The position numbers and the translations under genes were made by a program. A stretch of DNA of 64,000 nucleotides from Pelagomonas calceolata. Lineage: Eukaryota. This document shows positions 33,249-43,337 of this stretch, piece by piece. The notes beneath the pieces are model-generated. The model saw nothing but the letters and a program-made list of their open reading frames with translations. It did not search any database and was not told where the DNA came from. Location of the stretch: NCBI GenBank assembly GCA_918797485.1, contig CAKKNE010000002.1, forward strand, positions 744,001 to 808,000, in the 5' to 3' direction. Numbering within the stretch: position 1 is the first letter of the stretch; the number at the start of each line of letters is the position of its first letter.

Positions 33249-33459
33249 GCTCCGGGGCTGCCTCGCGGCGGCAGCGTTTGAGTGGCTGTCGTTTGGGCTC
33301 CGCGCGTCGTTTCGGCAGCTGTGTGGCCCGCGGAGAGCGGCTTGGTTTGGATGCTCGTCTCCCGAAGACGGGTTTTCCGTCGCGCCGCAGGGCCTCTAAA
33401 AGAGACATCGTCGGGAATAGAACTGTAATTGCGATGCTTGGGATACATGTCCAATGCTT

Positions 33460-33483
33460 GCTAGTGTCTTACAGGCCGCTAGC
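33460..33483 (+). promoter_or_regulatory. CTAG-bounded upstream motif
   Basis: gctagtgtcttacaggccgctagc, between divergent genes. Confidence 0.65.
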
Positions 33484-33661
33484 CCAAGCGCTTTGCAGGC
33501 GCTTTGCTCGGGCCACGATCGACTGGTTGGCGAGTAGACATCTGCGTGGTGATCGGAACGCCCCCACGCATAAGCACGGAGCCGACTCGCGCGGCGCCGC
33601 CGCTTGTCAGAGGCCAAAAGCTTGGCATATTACCTAAAACGCCAGCCGCGGCGCGAGCGAG

Positions 33662-34421
33662 ATGATCAAGGGCGTCATCATCGTCAACAATTTAGGCGTG
33701 GTCCGCCTGGCCAAGTTCTACGAGCAGGTCCACGTGACGGGCGAGTCGGCGGAACAGGCGCAGCAGAGCGTCATCAAAAAAATCTACCGAGCGGTCAGCA
33801 AGCGCCAGGACAACCAGTGCAACTACCTGGAGGGGAGCATTCCCGAGTGGGGCGGCGACACGAAACTTATATATAGACACTACGCTACTCTCTATTTCGT
33901 TTTCGCGTGTACGAATCGAGAAAGCGACCTGGGCATCCTGGACCTGATTCAAGTTTTCGTGGAGGCCTTGGATCGGTCCTTCGAGAACGTGTGTGAATTG
34001 GATCTCATCTTCCACAGCGACAAGTGCCACTACGTGCTGGACGAGATAATTATCGGGGGGCTGGTCTTAGATACCTCCATCACGAACATCATGGGCGGCG
34101 CCGACGACCAGAACAAGCTCCACAAGTCGAGCCTGTCGCTGCTGACCTCGGGTCCCAAGCTGTGTGGAAATCAAAATTTGACGGCGTGCTCGTGCTGAAT
34201 CGTCGCGTCGTCCTCCACGCCATCGACGCGACTCCTGCTCGACGGCGTGGCGGTGTGAATTCCTCACCGCTCGACCGAGCCAGGACGGCCGCGTCATCGC
34301 CGAGAAACGACTTAGTGAAGAATTGTCGGGTGCACCCGACGCACTGGTTGATTTCCACACAGGTCCCAAGAAGACGCAGATCGGCGCGCGGCCGGGGACG
34401 CTCTCCTCGGGGTACCAGTAA
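33662..34421 (+). CDS. AP3S: AP-3 adaptor complex sigma subunit
   Basis: LIYRHYATLYF and LGILDLIQVFVEALDRSFENVCELDLIFH; intron 34152-34362; stop at 34419-34421. Confidence 0.92.
34160..34362. mobile_element. Introner family A, apparently full-length (203 bp)
   Basis: TIRs ctgtgtggaaatcaa / ttgatttccacacag; perfect TSD gtcccaag at 34152-34159 and 34363-34370. Confidence 0.95.
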
Positions 34422-34423
34422 CT

Positions 34424-36049
34424 CTATTTATGCATTTCCGCTTCGATGGCGAACCACCTTGCTCTCAAAAAGTCCTCGACGGCCTGGGCGTCGAACTCGC
34501 CCGGCCTCGGCGGGCGCCTCTTGATTGGTGCCGCGGGCTTGGCGGCGGCGGCCGGCGCCTTTTTGCGGCCCTCCAGCGCGGCCGCGGCGCGGCGCGCCCG
34601 GCGGTTGAGGGGCGCGGGCGCGGGAGGCGGCGCCGGCGCCGGAGAGCTCCCGGTCTCGCGTGGCCGCGCCTTGCGACGAAGGCCGGGCGCAGGTTCCAGC
34701 GCGGCATTGGCCTCCCGCCGGGCCTTCGGCGCCGTCTTGGCACTCGATGGCGCGGGTGCCGGCGCCGGGGCGCGAGCGGGCGCCGGCGCTGCGGCGCGAG
34801 CTGGAGCCGGCGCCGGGGCGCGAGCGGGCGCGGGCGCCGGGGCGCTCACGCGTTGCCGCGCGGGCGCGGGCGCCGGCGCAGGGGCGGCGGGCACCGGGGC
34901 GCTCGCGCGCCGAGCAGCCTCGGCCGCTGCGGCTTCGGCCGCTGCGGCTTCGGCTTCCTTGCGCAGGCGGGCACGCACGCCTACCGTGAGGCCAGACGGG
35001 TGCGTCGCTTGCGGTGGCGGCGCGGGTTCGGCGGTATCGGTGTCGGCGGGAGGCGTCGCCCGCCGTCGCGGCGCGGGCGCTGGCGCCGGCGCAGGAGGCG
35101 GCGCCGGCGCCGGAGAGCTCCCGGTCTCGCGGGGTCGCGCCTGGCGACTAAGGCCGGGCGCCGCCGCAGGGGCGCGAGCAGGCGCGGGCGCCGGGGCGCG
35201 AGTAGGCGCAGACGCCGGCGCCGGAGAGCGGGGCCGCGCCTTGCGATGGAGGGCGGGCGCCGGCGCCGGCGCCTTGGCACTCGACGGCGCGGGTGCGGGC
35301 GCGGGCGGCGGCGCTGGTGCAGCGGTCTCGCGGCGCCGCGCCTTCGCCGCCGCCTTGGCGTTTGGCGGCGGCCGCGCAGGCGCCGGCGCGGGTCCGGCGT
35401 TGGTCTCGGAGACGTCGACGACGGGCCGTCGCTGCGCCGGCGCCGGCGCCGGAAGCGGCGTGAGCGCCTCCGCCGCGGCGGCCGCCGCCCGCGCGCGCGT
35501 CGCAGGCGTCAGGGCGGCCGGCCTCGATGGCTTGGGCTCGCGCCGCTTCGCGCGCGCTGGTGCCGACGCCGGCGGCGCGGGCGCGGGAGTTTTCGGGGCG
35601 GCCCGCGGCGACTTGCGGGGCATGGGCGCGGCGCGCGGCCACCGCGCCGGCTTCTCGGCGGGCTCCGCCGCAGGCTTCGCGGCGAACGCGGGCTTGGCGC
35701 GCTCCCGCGGCGCCTCGTCGGAGTCGGAGTCGTCGCCCCAGTTGCCCTCCTTGGTGTCGAAGAGCGACTTCTTCGCGGGCGCGGGCGCCGCTGCGGTCGC
35801 CGCCGCCTTCGAGGCAGGTGGTTCTGACGACGCGGGCGCGGCCGGCGCGGCATCGCCGGCGCCGGGCGGCATTTCGGTAGACGACGTCGACGCGAAGGAG
35901 GAGGAATCATCATCAACAGGCGGCCGCGGCGTCACGAGCGGATCAGCCGCATCGTCCGAGAAGTCGTCATCCGAATCCGCGAAGGAGTCCGAGTCCGTGA
36001 AGGCCGGCACCGGCGCGGCGGCCTTCTTCTTGCGGCGCCGGGGCGGCAT
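34424..36049 (-). CDS. Pro/Ala-rich low-complexity protein with internal duplications
   Basis: 541-aa ORF with repeated RKARPRETGSSPAPAPPPAP; acidic N-terminal region. Confidence 0.55.
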   Translation of the reverse strand: MPPRRRKKKAAAPVPAFTDSDSFADSDDDFSDDAADPLVTPRPPVDDDSSSFASTSSTEMPPGAGDAAPAAPASSEPPASKAAATAAAPAPAKKSLFDTKEGNWGDDSDSDEAPRERAKPAFAAKPAAEPAEKPARWPRAAPMPRKSPRAAPKTPAPAPPASAPARAKRREPKPSRPAALTPATRARAAAAAAEALTPLPAPAPAQRRPVVDVSETNAGPAPAPARPPPNAKAAAKARRRETAAPAPPPAPAPAPSSAKAPAPAPALHRKARPRSPAPASAPTRAPAPAPARAPAAAPGLSRQARPRETGSSPAPAPPPAPAPAPAPRRRATPPADTDTAEPAPPPQATHPSGLTVGVRARLRKEAEAAAAEAAAAEAARRASAPVPAAPAPAPAPARQRVSAPAPAPARAPAPAPARAAAPAPARAPAPAPAPSSAKTAPKARREANAALEPAPGLRRKARPRETGSSPAPAPPPAPAPLNRRARRAAAALEGRKKAPAAAAKPAAPIKRRPPRPGEFDAQAVEDFLRARWFAIEAEMHK

Positions 36050-36050
36050 G

Positions 36051-36410
36051 CTACGCCTTCTCCTGCTCCACGAGGCTCCGCATCAGTTCTTCTACACAGG
36101 CGTCCGTCTCCTCGTACGTGGCACCTTCGTTCTTAAAAACCTTATCGATAGCGCGCGCGGCGGCTCTCTGCCGCGGGTTCCACTCGACGCTAAAGTCCTT
36201 GGCGATGTTGCCCATGTACGCCTTCTGCTGCGGTGTCGGGTTCTTGGGCCACTCGGGCTTGCCGATGATAATGGCCTTCTGCTCGCGCAGCGCTTTTGCC
36301 GTAATCACAGGCTTGTCGGTCTTGTCTCCGAAGGCTGCGAGGCGCGCGATCGGGCGGCGCTCGACCCAGGGGAGCTCGGGAGCGTCGTCTTCGTCCTGGT
36401 CGGGCGGCAT
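36051..36410 (-). CDS. Small hypothetical protein
   Basis: ATG at 36410, 119 aa, complex helical-looking sequence. Confidence 0.6.
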   Translation of the reverse strand: MPPDQDEDDAPELPWVERRPIARLAAFGDKTDKPVITAKALREQKAIIIGKPEWPKNPTPQQKAYMGNIAKDFSVEWNPRQRAAARAIDKVFKNEGATYEETDACVEELMRSLVEQEKA

Positions 36411-36532
36411 GCGGGGCCCGCCGGGGCTGGCGCAGTTTGTGGGCGTGCGCGCTCGTAAAGAGGAAGACGGCGGTCTCTGGCCTTCCTGCGCCCCAAACAG
36501 ACCGCTTTTAGTTCGCAGGGCAGCCTTCAAAA

Positions 36533-36557
36533 GCTAGTGCGTCTTGCGCACGCTAGC
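36533..36557 (+). promoter_or_regulatory. CTAG-bounded upstream motif (variant)
   Basis: gctagtgcgtcttgcgcacgctagc, between divergent genes. Confidence 0.55.
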
Positions 36558-36630
36558 ATTTTGGGGCTGCCTTTGCGAAACCAGCCCGTACGGGTGCCGC
36601 AGCCGGCATGGGGCAGCCGTAAAAGTCGCC

Positions 36631-39600
36631 ATGCGACTCCTCCTACTCATCGCGGCGGCGCGGGCCCAACCAGAAAAGCTGCTCGAACGGGGCACCAGCC
36701 ACTACAATGCCGGCGACTCAACTAAAGCGCAGCAGGCCTTCGTGCAGCTGTCGACGGATCAAACGGCGCCGCCGCACCTGCGCGCCCAGGCGTACCAGGG
36801 TCTCGCCGCGCTCGCGCAGCGCCGCGGCGATCCCGTCGAAGCCGCAGCGCAAGTGGAGCAGGCCGTCGCGACGTGCGACGATATGAGTTGTGACGCTTCA
36901 TTAAGGGCGACCTTTTACGAAGCGCGAGGCGTTTTGAAGAGGGGCGCGGGTGATATGGAGGGCGCCGTCGACGCATTTACACAGTGCGCGTCATTGGACG
37001 CCGACCGAGCGTGCGACGCGGCCCTGGCTCGATTATTCCACCACAACGGGCTGATACAGGATGCACCTCCACGTTATTTACGCGCCGTCGCGGCCGCCTC
37101 GTCTTCAATGAGCTGTCGGGGCGAGGGCTGCGTGCTCCGAGTGCCTTTGTTAAATGATGCCGCAATAGCGCTCGAGGCGACGGGAAATACGCAGGCGGCC
37201 GTCGCTTTGTTGCGGGAAGCCGTCCAATTGGATCCATTAAATGAACAGAGTGTCGGGAACCTGGCGTTGTACTTGCGGGATCTCGGCGAGGTCGCCGAGT
37301 CGCTGAAGTGGGGCCGCCGGGGTGTTGATATTGCACCCCAGTCATCGGCGATGCTGCACAACGTGGCTTTGCTGGAGCAATGGGTTAGAAACAAGAGCGG
37401 CGCGGTGGCCTTGTGGCGGCAGGCTCGGGCGTTAAATTCAGGCGTCTTCCAGCCCGTCGCTTCTTTAGCACACGAGGAGGGGTACCGGGGCAACCTGAGC
37501 GGCGCCGCGTTGCTCTACGAGGAGGCTTTGTTACTAGCGGAGGCGTCGGAGCAATGGAAAGGGCACGCGGACGCTCTGAGGCTGCAGCTCGCGACGTCGC
37601 AGCTGCCCCACATCTATGATGATGCTCAGCATGCTACCAGATGTTGGTTCCATTACACTGAAGGTCTGAGGGAACTGCTGAGGAGGCCTCATCTCAATAT
37701 AGAGGATCCCTTGCACACGACGGGCGCGGGAGCGTTAGGTTATTACCTGGAGTACGTCGGTCTACCGGATCTACCACCTAGAAGATTACTGGCCAAGACT
37801 TACTGGCGAGGTTCTCCGGAGTTGAAGTACCGGGCGACGTGGTTGCCAGCAGACGCGGACGAAGGTTATACTCCTCCACAGATCAGGGTAGGCTTCATGA
37901 CGGCCTTTTATTTTCGCCACTCGGTTGGTCTGTTGACGGAGGGCGTCATACGAACGCTTGATAGACGAAAGTTTCGAGTCATACTGTTAAGGATCGAGGG
38001 CGAGCCCACCGACGACCTCACTACCTCATTAGAGGAAGCTTGTGATGAATCGTATTTAGTACCGTCTTCCACTCTACAAAAGGCTCGGCTAGTCGTCGAA
38101 AGTGCACGCATAGACATTTTAGTGTACGGCGAGATTGGGATGAACAGCATGGCCTATTTTCTACTGTTTTCGCGCTTGTCTAGACGGACAGCGATCTTCT
38201 GGGGCCACGCCGTCACGTCCGGCGTCTCGCAGTTTGATACTGTATCGGATGAGGCTACTGGTGGTGGCGACTATTTCGTCTCCTCAACGTTGTTCGAGCC
38301 GAGCGACGGCGGCCAGGACGACTATTCTGAACAATTATATTTGATGCGTAGTATGACGACGAGGTTCCTACCGCCGGTCAAGCCCCGTCTATCGCTAGAA
38401 ATAGAAGACGTACTACCAGGCATTGCCGGCATGAGACTGTACTTGGTACCTCAAACTCTATACAAGCTGCACCCGGACTTCGATGGGTTGCTAGCGGACA
38501 TACTACGGAAAGATACTCACGCAATAGTGGCCTTCCCCGAGGCCCAGCTGGGCGAATGGACGGAAGCGCTCGAAAGGCGCTGGAACCGCACTCTTACCAA
38601 TGATATAAGGGATCGGGTCCGCGTGTTCCGGAGATTGGACTTCGACGAGTTTATTAGGTTGGCGCAGCTTTGTGATGTCGTGCTGGATCCCTTTCCCGTG
38701 GGTGGTGGTAGAAGCTCGCTCGAACTCTTTTCCGTTGGAGCTCCCATCGTCATGCTGGAACCTCGCACATCGATAGTGCAGCTGACGCGCGGCATGTATG
38801 AAGTCATGGGCGACCCCTGCCCGCGGTGTATTGCTCAGACTCCTTCTGAATTTGTGGATAGTGCTGTATGGGTCGCGACGAATAGTACCAGGGAGTTGCG
38901 TTCAATAATTCAAGAGCGGAGCCACGTGCTCTACGACAATGCAGATGTGACGGCCGAGTGGGAGGTTTTTCTCGAGTTTATTCTGAGGGAGCCGCGGCCC
39001 TCGAAGCCCCCTCGAAAAGCTATAATTGCCCAACAATCACAATGGGGCTTCGCTAAACGATCGTTCGGCTGGGAGCTCAAAGAATTAGAGGAGAACGAAC
39101 CCTACGACGTTAATATAGACTGGACGACGCTGCACTTTGGATTGAGACTGTCGCACCCGGACCCGTGGACGGGACTCACCTCAGAGTTCGTCGTCGCTGT
39201 ATATAAAGGAGAGGATCCCGTCGACGTGGCGGATCGATTGTCCTCGTACATCGGGGCGGAGCCCGTGAAGGCGAGGTGGCTCGCGGCCGTTTTACAGAAC
39301 GGCGCGCGGCAATCAGGTAAGGTGGTCGATGCTACGGTCTACACTTTAGATGACGTCGCCCTCAATATCACCGTGAGAGAAGGTGATGATTTACATCAAG
39401 TGGCGACGTGGCATGCGGTCCGCAGCGGCTTGGGCGATGGGCACATCGAGGTTCTGTCAAACGCACTGCGGGAGCGCATATCTTCGCATACGACGTCGGC
39501 CTGGCTTTCAGCTAGACGAAAGCGGGACCACCTATCTCGTGGTGATCCGTCGGCGTGCTTCTCGCGTCATTACAAGGCGGCGTGGACCGAACCGAGCGAA

Positions 39601-40410
39601 TGCAGCGTAACAGTAGGCCTCACGACGTGCAAGCGCCTGCGCCATTTTAGGTTGACGATGCAGGGGTTAATCAGGGTGTTCCAAGGTGATCTGGTGGACC
39701 ATCCCCTCGTGTGTCGCGTGGTTGTTATTGATGACGGCTCGTCGGAAGGAGACCGCCTGGATATGATGAGGGAGTTTCCCCGCGTCGACTTCGTCCTGAA
39801 AAATAATGAAGAACATAAGGGCCACGCCCGGTCCATGAATCTGTTACTGTCGATGGTACAGACGCCCTACCTTCTTTACATGGAGGACGACTGGTTGGCC
39901 CTGGACCATGTATCGGTGACCCACGTCCTCGACGAAGCTTTAAGTGTGTTACGTGCTGCTCATGAGGAGGAACCCGTCGTCGAGGTGTTGCTGAACGACC
40001 AGTCCTCTCGAAGTTGTGCGTACGCGGCCGAGGAGGGCTGCCCGATGCTTGGTAAAGCGGGCTGGCCCCGCGTCACGTCAGACGGCATTGCCTACCGCCT
40101 CCACGACTACGGGACGGTGGAGCCGGGCCACGCCTTCACGTACTGGCCGGGGTTTTCCCTGAATCCGGCGCTCTGGGACGTCCGCCGACTGCAATGCGCC
40201 TTCTCCGAAAGTTTTGGTGAACCACCCGTCTTCAATTCCACGGACGCGCGCTTCGAGCAGTCCTTTTCATTAAAGGCCTACGATGCCGGGATTCGCGTGG
40301 CCTATTTGCCGCGCGTCTCCTTCGCGCACACGGGCGTGGACCAGACGGCCTACGCGCTGAACAACTTCACGCGGCCCTTCGACGGGCAGGTGGGCGGGGG
40401 GCTTAAGTAA
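36631..40410 (+). CDS. Signal peptide, TPR, GT41 (SPINDLY/OGT-like) and GT2-like domain protein
   Basis: IRVGFM..HSVG, FWGHAVTSG, QTLYKLHPDFD, LDPFPVGGG; C-terminal VVIDDGS and YMEDDW. Confidence 0.85.
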   Translation: MRLLLLIAAARAQPEKLLERGTSHYNAGDSTKAQQAFVQLSTDQTAPPHLRAQAYQGLAALAQRRGDPVEAAAQVEQAVATCDDMSCDASLRATFYEARGVLKRGAGDMEGAVDAFTQCASLDADRACDAALARLFHHNGLIQDAPPRYLRAVAAASSSMSCRGEGCVLRVPLLNDAAIALEATGNTQAAVALLREAVQLDPLNEQSVGNLALYLRDLGEVAESLKWGRRGVDIAPQSSAMLHNVALLEQWVRNKSGAVALWRQARALNSGVFQPVASLAHEEGYRGNLSGAALLYEEALLLAEASEQWKGHADALRLQLATSQLPHIYDDAQHATRCWFHYTEGLRELLRRPHLNIEDPLHTTGAGALGYYLEYVGLPDLPPRRLLAKTYWRGSPELKYRATWLPADADEGYTPPQIRVGFMTAFYFRHSVGLLTEGVIRTLDRRKFRVILLRIEGEPTDDLTTSLEEACDESYLVPSSTLQKARLVVESARIDILVYGEIGMNSMAYFLLFSRLSRRTAIFWGHAVTSGVSQFDTVSDEATGGGDYFVSSTLFEPSDGGQDDYSEQLYLMRSMTTRFLPPVKPRLSLEIEDVLPGIAGMRLYLVPQTLYKLHPDFDGLLADILRKDTHAIVAFPEAQLGEWTEALERRWNRTLTNDIRDRVRVFRRLDFDEFIRLAQLCDVVLDPFPVGGGRSSLELFSVGAPIVMLEPRTSIVQLTRGMYEVMGDPCPRCIAQTPSEFVDSAVWVATNSTRELRSIIQERSHVLYDNADVTAEWEVFLEFILREPRPSKPPRKAIIAQQSQWGFAKRSFGWELKELEENEPYDVNIDWTTLHFGLRLSHPDPWTGLTSEFVVAVYKGEDPVDVADRLSSYIGAEPVKARWLAAVLQNGARQSGKVVDATVYTLDDVALNITVREGDDLHQVATWHAVRSGLGDGHIEVLSNALRERISSHTTSAWLSARRKRDHLSRGDPSACFSRHYKAAWTEPSECSVTVGLTTCKRLRHFRLTMQGLIRVFQGDLVDHPLVCRVVVIDDGSSEGDRLDMMREFPRVDFVLKNNEEHKGHARSMNLLLSMVQTPYLLYMEDDWLALDHVSVTHVLDEALSVLRAAHEEEPVVEVLLNDQSSRSCAYAAEEGCPMLGKAGWPRVTSDGIAYRLHDYGTVEPGHAFTYWPGFSLNPALWDVRRLQCAFSESFGEPPVFNSTDARFEQSFSLKAYDAGIRVAYLPRVSFAHTGVDQTAYALNNFTRPFDGQVGGGLK

Positions 40411-40446
40411 GTAGTATATGTGTATTTTGACTTTGCTAACTGGTAT

Positions 40447-41187
40447 TTACGCACTCCCCGACGGCGCCGGGTCGCGGACGCGGAGGGCTGCTCGCGCATC
40501 TTGCAGGTCTCTCTCGACCGAGCTTGTGGCCGGGTGCGCGCCGCCGAACACGCGCCGAGTGACCCGTGCATTGTCCTCGAGCGTCGTCACGGCCTCGCGG
40601 ACATCGTCGAGCGTGGCGCCGGAGTCGTAGAAGAGCACCTTCGCGTAAATTTTCCTCAGCCTGAGCGTGAGTATATGTCTCTCTCCGTGAACGCGTCGTG
40701 CCACAGGAATCGTTCGGCGCAGCAGTGACTTGGCTTCTTTGAAGCGCTGTAGCTGGGCAAGGATCGCCGCGTAGTTGTTGGCTTCTAGGAGCGTGCTTTC
40801 ATGTTCTGCGCCCTCAAGCTTCAGGGTTCCAGCGTATACCTCTCGCGTCATCCGCAATGAATCTTCATGCCGTCCTATAGCATCATATGTAGTCGCAAGA
40901 TTGCTCTGCGCGACGAGCATGCGGTGTTCTGATGCGCCAATGCGCCGCAGCATAGAAAGCTCGGCCTCTTTCACGGACAACGCGTCCTCATGGTGGCCTG
41001 CATCGGATAAACCGTTCCCAAGCTCCATCATCGCTGCAATCCGACAGTCGCTCGTCTCCGGCCGACCCAAGTACGTCTTCCAGCACGCCCACCCCAGCGC
41101 GCACTTAACGACGCCGTGGTAATGTTGCCCGCACAGACTACACGAGAACCACCGCGCCCACCTCTTATTCCTCTCCTCGAAACCCAA
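40447..41187 (-). pseudogene. 5'-truncated KLC-type TPR gene copy
   Basis: CSLCGQHYHG..GWACWKTY followed by TPR repeats; no ATG before the first conserved motif. Confidence 0.65.
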
Positions 41188-41196
41188 ATTATTCTC

Positions 41197-41844
41197 TGCT
41201 GGAAGACGTACTTGGGGCGGGCGGAGACGGACAAGTGTCGGATTGCCGCGATGACGGACCTTGGGAACGGTTTATCCGATGCAGGCCACCATGAGGACGC
41301 GTTGTCTGTGAGAGAGTCACATTTGGCTTCGCTGCGGCGCATTGTAGAGAGTACTGGCGGACGAGAAGAAAGCATATTCATCATGCAGAGCAATCTTGCG
41401 AACTCGTATACAAGCCTCGGACGCCATGAGCAGGCCCTGCAGTTAAAGCGAGACGCATACTCTGGCATTTTGAAGGTCTATGGCGAAGAAAATCAAAACA
41501 CCCTCCGAGAAGCCAACAACTACGCGCTGTCCCTGCGCGCTCTAAGGCGCTTCGAAGAAGCCAAGTCATTGATGCGCAAAATGATACCTGTGGCTCGACG
41601 CGTTCTTGGACATAATAGTACTCTCACGTTCGCGATGAGGACGAATTACGCGCGGGCGCTCTTCGGAGACGACGCCGCCACGCTCGACGATCTCCGCGAG
41701 GCCGCGACGACGCTCGAGGATTTGGAACAGGCCGCTCGGCGCCTGTTCGGTGGCGCACACCCGCTCACAAAGGAAATTACGCTTTGCGATACGCGCGAGC
41801 CGTGCTCCGCGCCCGCGAAACGCAGCCTTCGGGGGATAGCCTAG
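41197..41844 (+). pseudogene. 5'-truncated, frameshifted paralogous TPR gene copy
   Basis: Begins at CWKTYLGR; the homologous tail ARAVLRARE is out of frame after ~41783. Confidence 0.7.
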
Positions 41845-41860
41845 GATAAAATCACACAAA

Positions 41861-43135
41861 CTACAGTTCAACCCCCTCCGCCCGCCGCGCCTCGACGGCC
41901 CCGCGGATCCGCTTCAGATGACTCTGCACCTCCGCCGCGAGCACTTCCGGCGCGTAGCGCTCGACCATGCGCCGCCGCGCGTTCAAACCGAGCTCCTTCA
42001 ACCGCGCGGGGTCGGCGACGGCCTCGGCGAAAATCGCCGCCAAGTGGGCCGCGTCCGGCGCGGCCCATTCGTGGGAGGCGAACGGGCCCTCGCCGACGGG
42101 CTCAAGACCGGTAAAAGCAAGGGGGAAGCCCACCGACTCATCTAGATACGCCGTCGGGCCGGACCAGTTCGTGGCAACAATAGGCGTGCCCGAGGCCATG
42201 GCCTCGACGTGCGGCCGGCCCCAGCCCTCGCCCCGCGTCGGCAGCGCGACGAGGTCGGCGCGCCGGTAGAGCGCCTCCAGGTCCGCGTCCGATAAGCCGG
42301 AAAGGATCTTCACCTTCCCTAAAGCAGCGAGGCCCCGGTCGTCTCCCAATGAATCCGTCACGTAGGTTTCCATCTGCCGGGCAAAGTCGGACGTAGAGTG
42401 GTAGGCGTTCGTGACGATAACTAGAATACCGTCGATTTGAGCCTTGTGCCACGCCCTCAGCAGGATGTCCCAGCCCTTGCGCCGCTCCCACTTGAAGACG
42501 CTCAGCACCAAAAATTCGTCCGAGGCGATGTCGTACGTAGGTCCCTCGGGCGTGAACCGATCAACATCGACGGGCTCGCCCACGACTTGGACATTCATTA
42601 CACCAGCTTCCTCAAAGATGGCCCGGTGGAAGTGCGTGGGCACCCAGACCTCGTCGACCCTATTCAGCCGGTCCGCCCAGCCGTCCGGCAGGCGATCCGT
42701 CTCGAACATCGTGCGCCCGACGACGTAGTAGGGTCCCCCATTTCGTGTGCGGGGCCGCGGGCAGGGCGACGACGGCCACGACGGTTCTGGGACGTGCCAG
42801 GCGCCGGGTTCGGAATGGCAAACCGCCACGTCCTGGTGGCCGCCCTTCGCGGCCCGCCCCGCCAGCGTGTAGAGCCGTCCCAACGTCGTTGGGTTTAGCC
42901 CGTTCATGTAGTTGTTGTTATGACTATCGCCGTGCATCTCGATCGCGACGTCTAATTTCATATCGTCGAGCGCGACGACGAACGCCGTCGCCTCGCTGCA
43001 GTAGCCGCCTCCCGAAAAAAAGGGCGCGTGCCAGACCAGCGATGGGACGTCGGTACGTACTTTGCGCTCGCGTCGTCGTTTTGCAGCCACTGCCACCAGT
43101 GCGATCACTGCTATGACTGCGTGAGGGCGGGCCAT
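41861..43135 (-). CDS. GT4 family glycosyltransferase
   Basis: TMFETD, VFKWERRKGWD and RGEGWGRPHVEAMASG motifs. Confidence 0.9.
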   Translation of the reverse strand: MARPHAVIAVIALVAVAAKRRRERKVRTDVPSLVWHAPFFSGGGYCSEATAFVVALDDMKLDVAIEMHGDSHNNNYMNGLNPTTLGRLYTLAGRAAKGGHQDVAVCHSEPGAWHVPEPSWPSSPCPRPRTRNGGPYYVVGRTMFETDRLPDGWADRLNRVDEVWVPTHFHRAIFEEAGVMNVQVVGEPVDVDRFTPEGPTYDIASDEFLVLSVFKWERRKGWDILLRAWHKAQIDGILVIVTNAYHSTSDFARQMETYVTDSLGDDRGLAALGKVKILSGLSDADLEALYRRADLVALPTRGEGWGRPHVEAMASGTPIVATNWSGPTAYLDESVGFPLAFTGLEPVGEGPFASHEWAAPDAAHLAAIFAEAVADPARLKELGLNARRRMVERYAPEVLAAEVQSHLKRIRGAVEARRAEGVEL

Positions 43136-43274
43136 GCTGTACAGGTGCTATCGCACGCGTCAAAAAGATGCCCGCGGCGGCAAGTACGGATAAAATGCCG
43201 CACCTCTTACGGGTTGGACAACGTATATCGTGCGTGTGGCTGCAAATTGCTGCGGCAGCCAAGCTGGCAAGCTT

Positions 43275-43296
43275 GCTAGTGTCTTACCTGCGCTAG
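43275..43296 (+). promoter_or_regulatory. CTAG-bounded upstream motif
   Basis: gctagtgtcttacctgcgctag, upstream of the GT4 gene. Confidence 0.6.
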
Positions 43297-43337
43297 GTCG
43301 AGGTCGCGCAGCAGGAACTGCATATGATAATTGGTAA

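Noticed and set aside
34430..36458. Long plus-strand ORFs (670 and 465 aa) and many similar antisense ORFs across the window
   Set aside because: Shadow frames of GC-rich genes; Gly/Ala/Arg low complexity with no motifs
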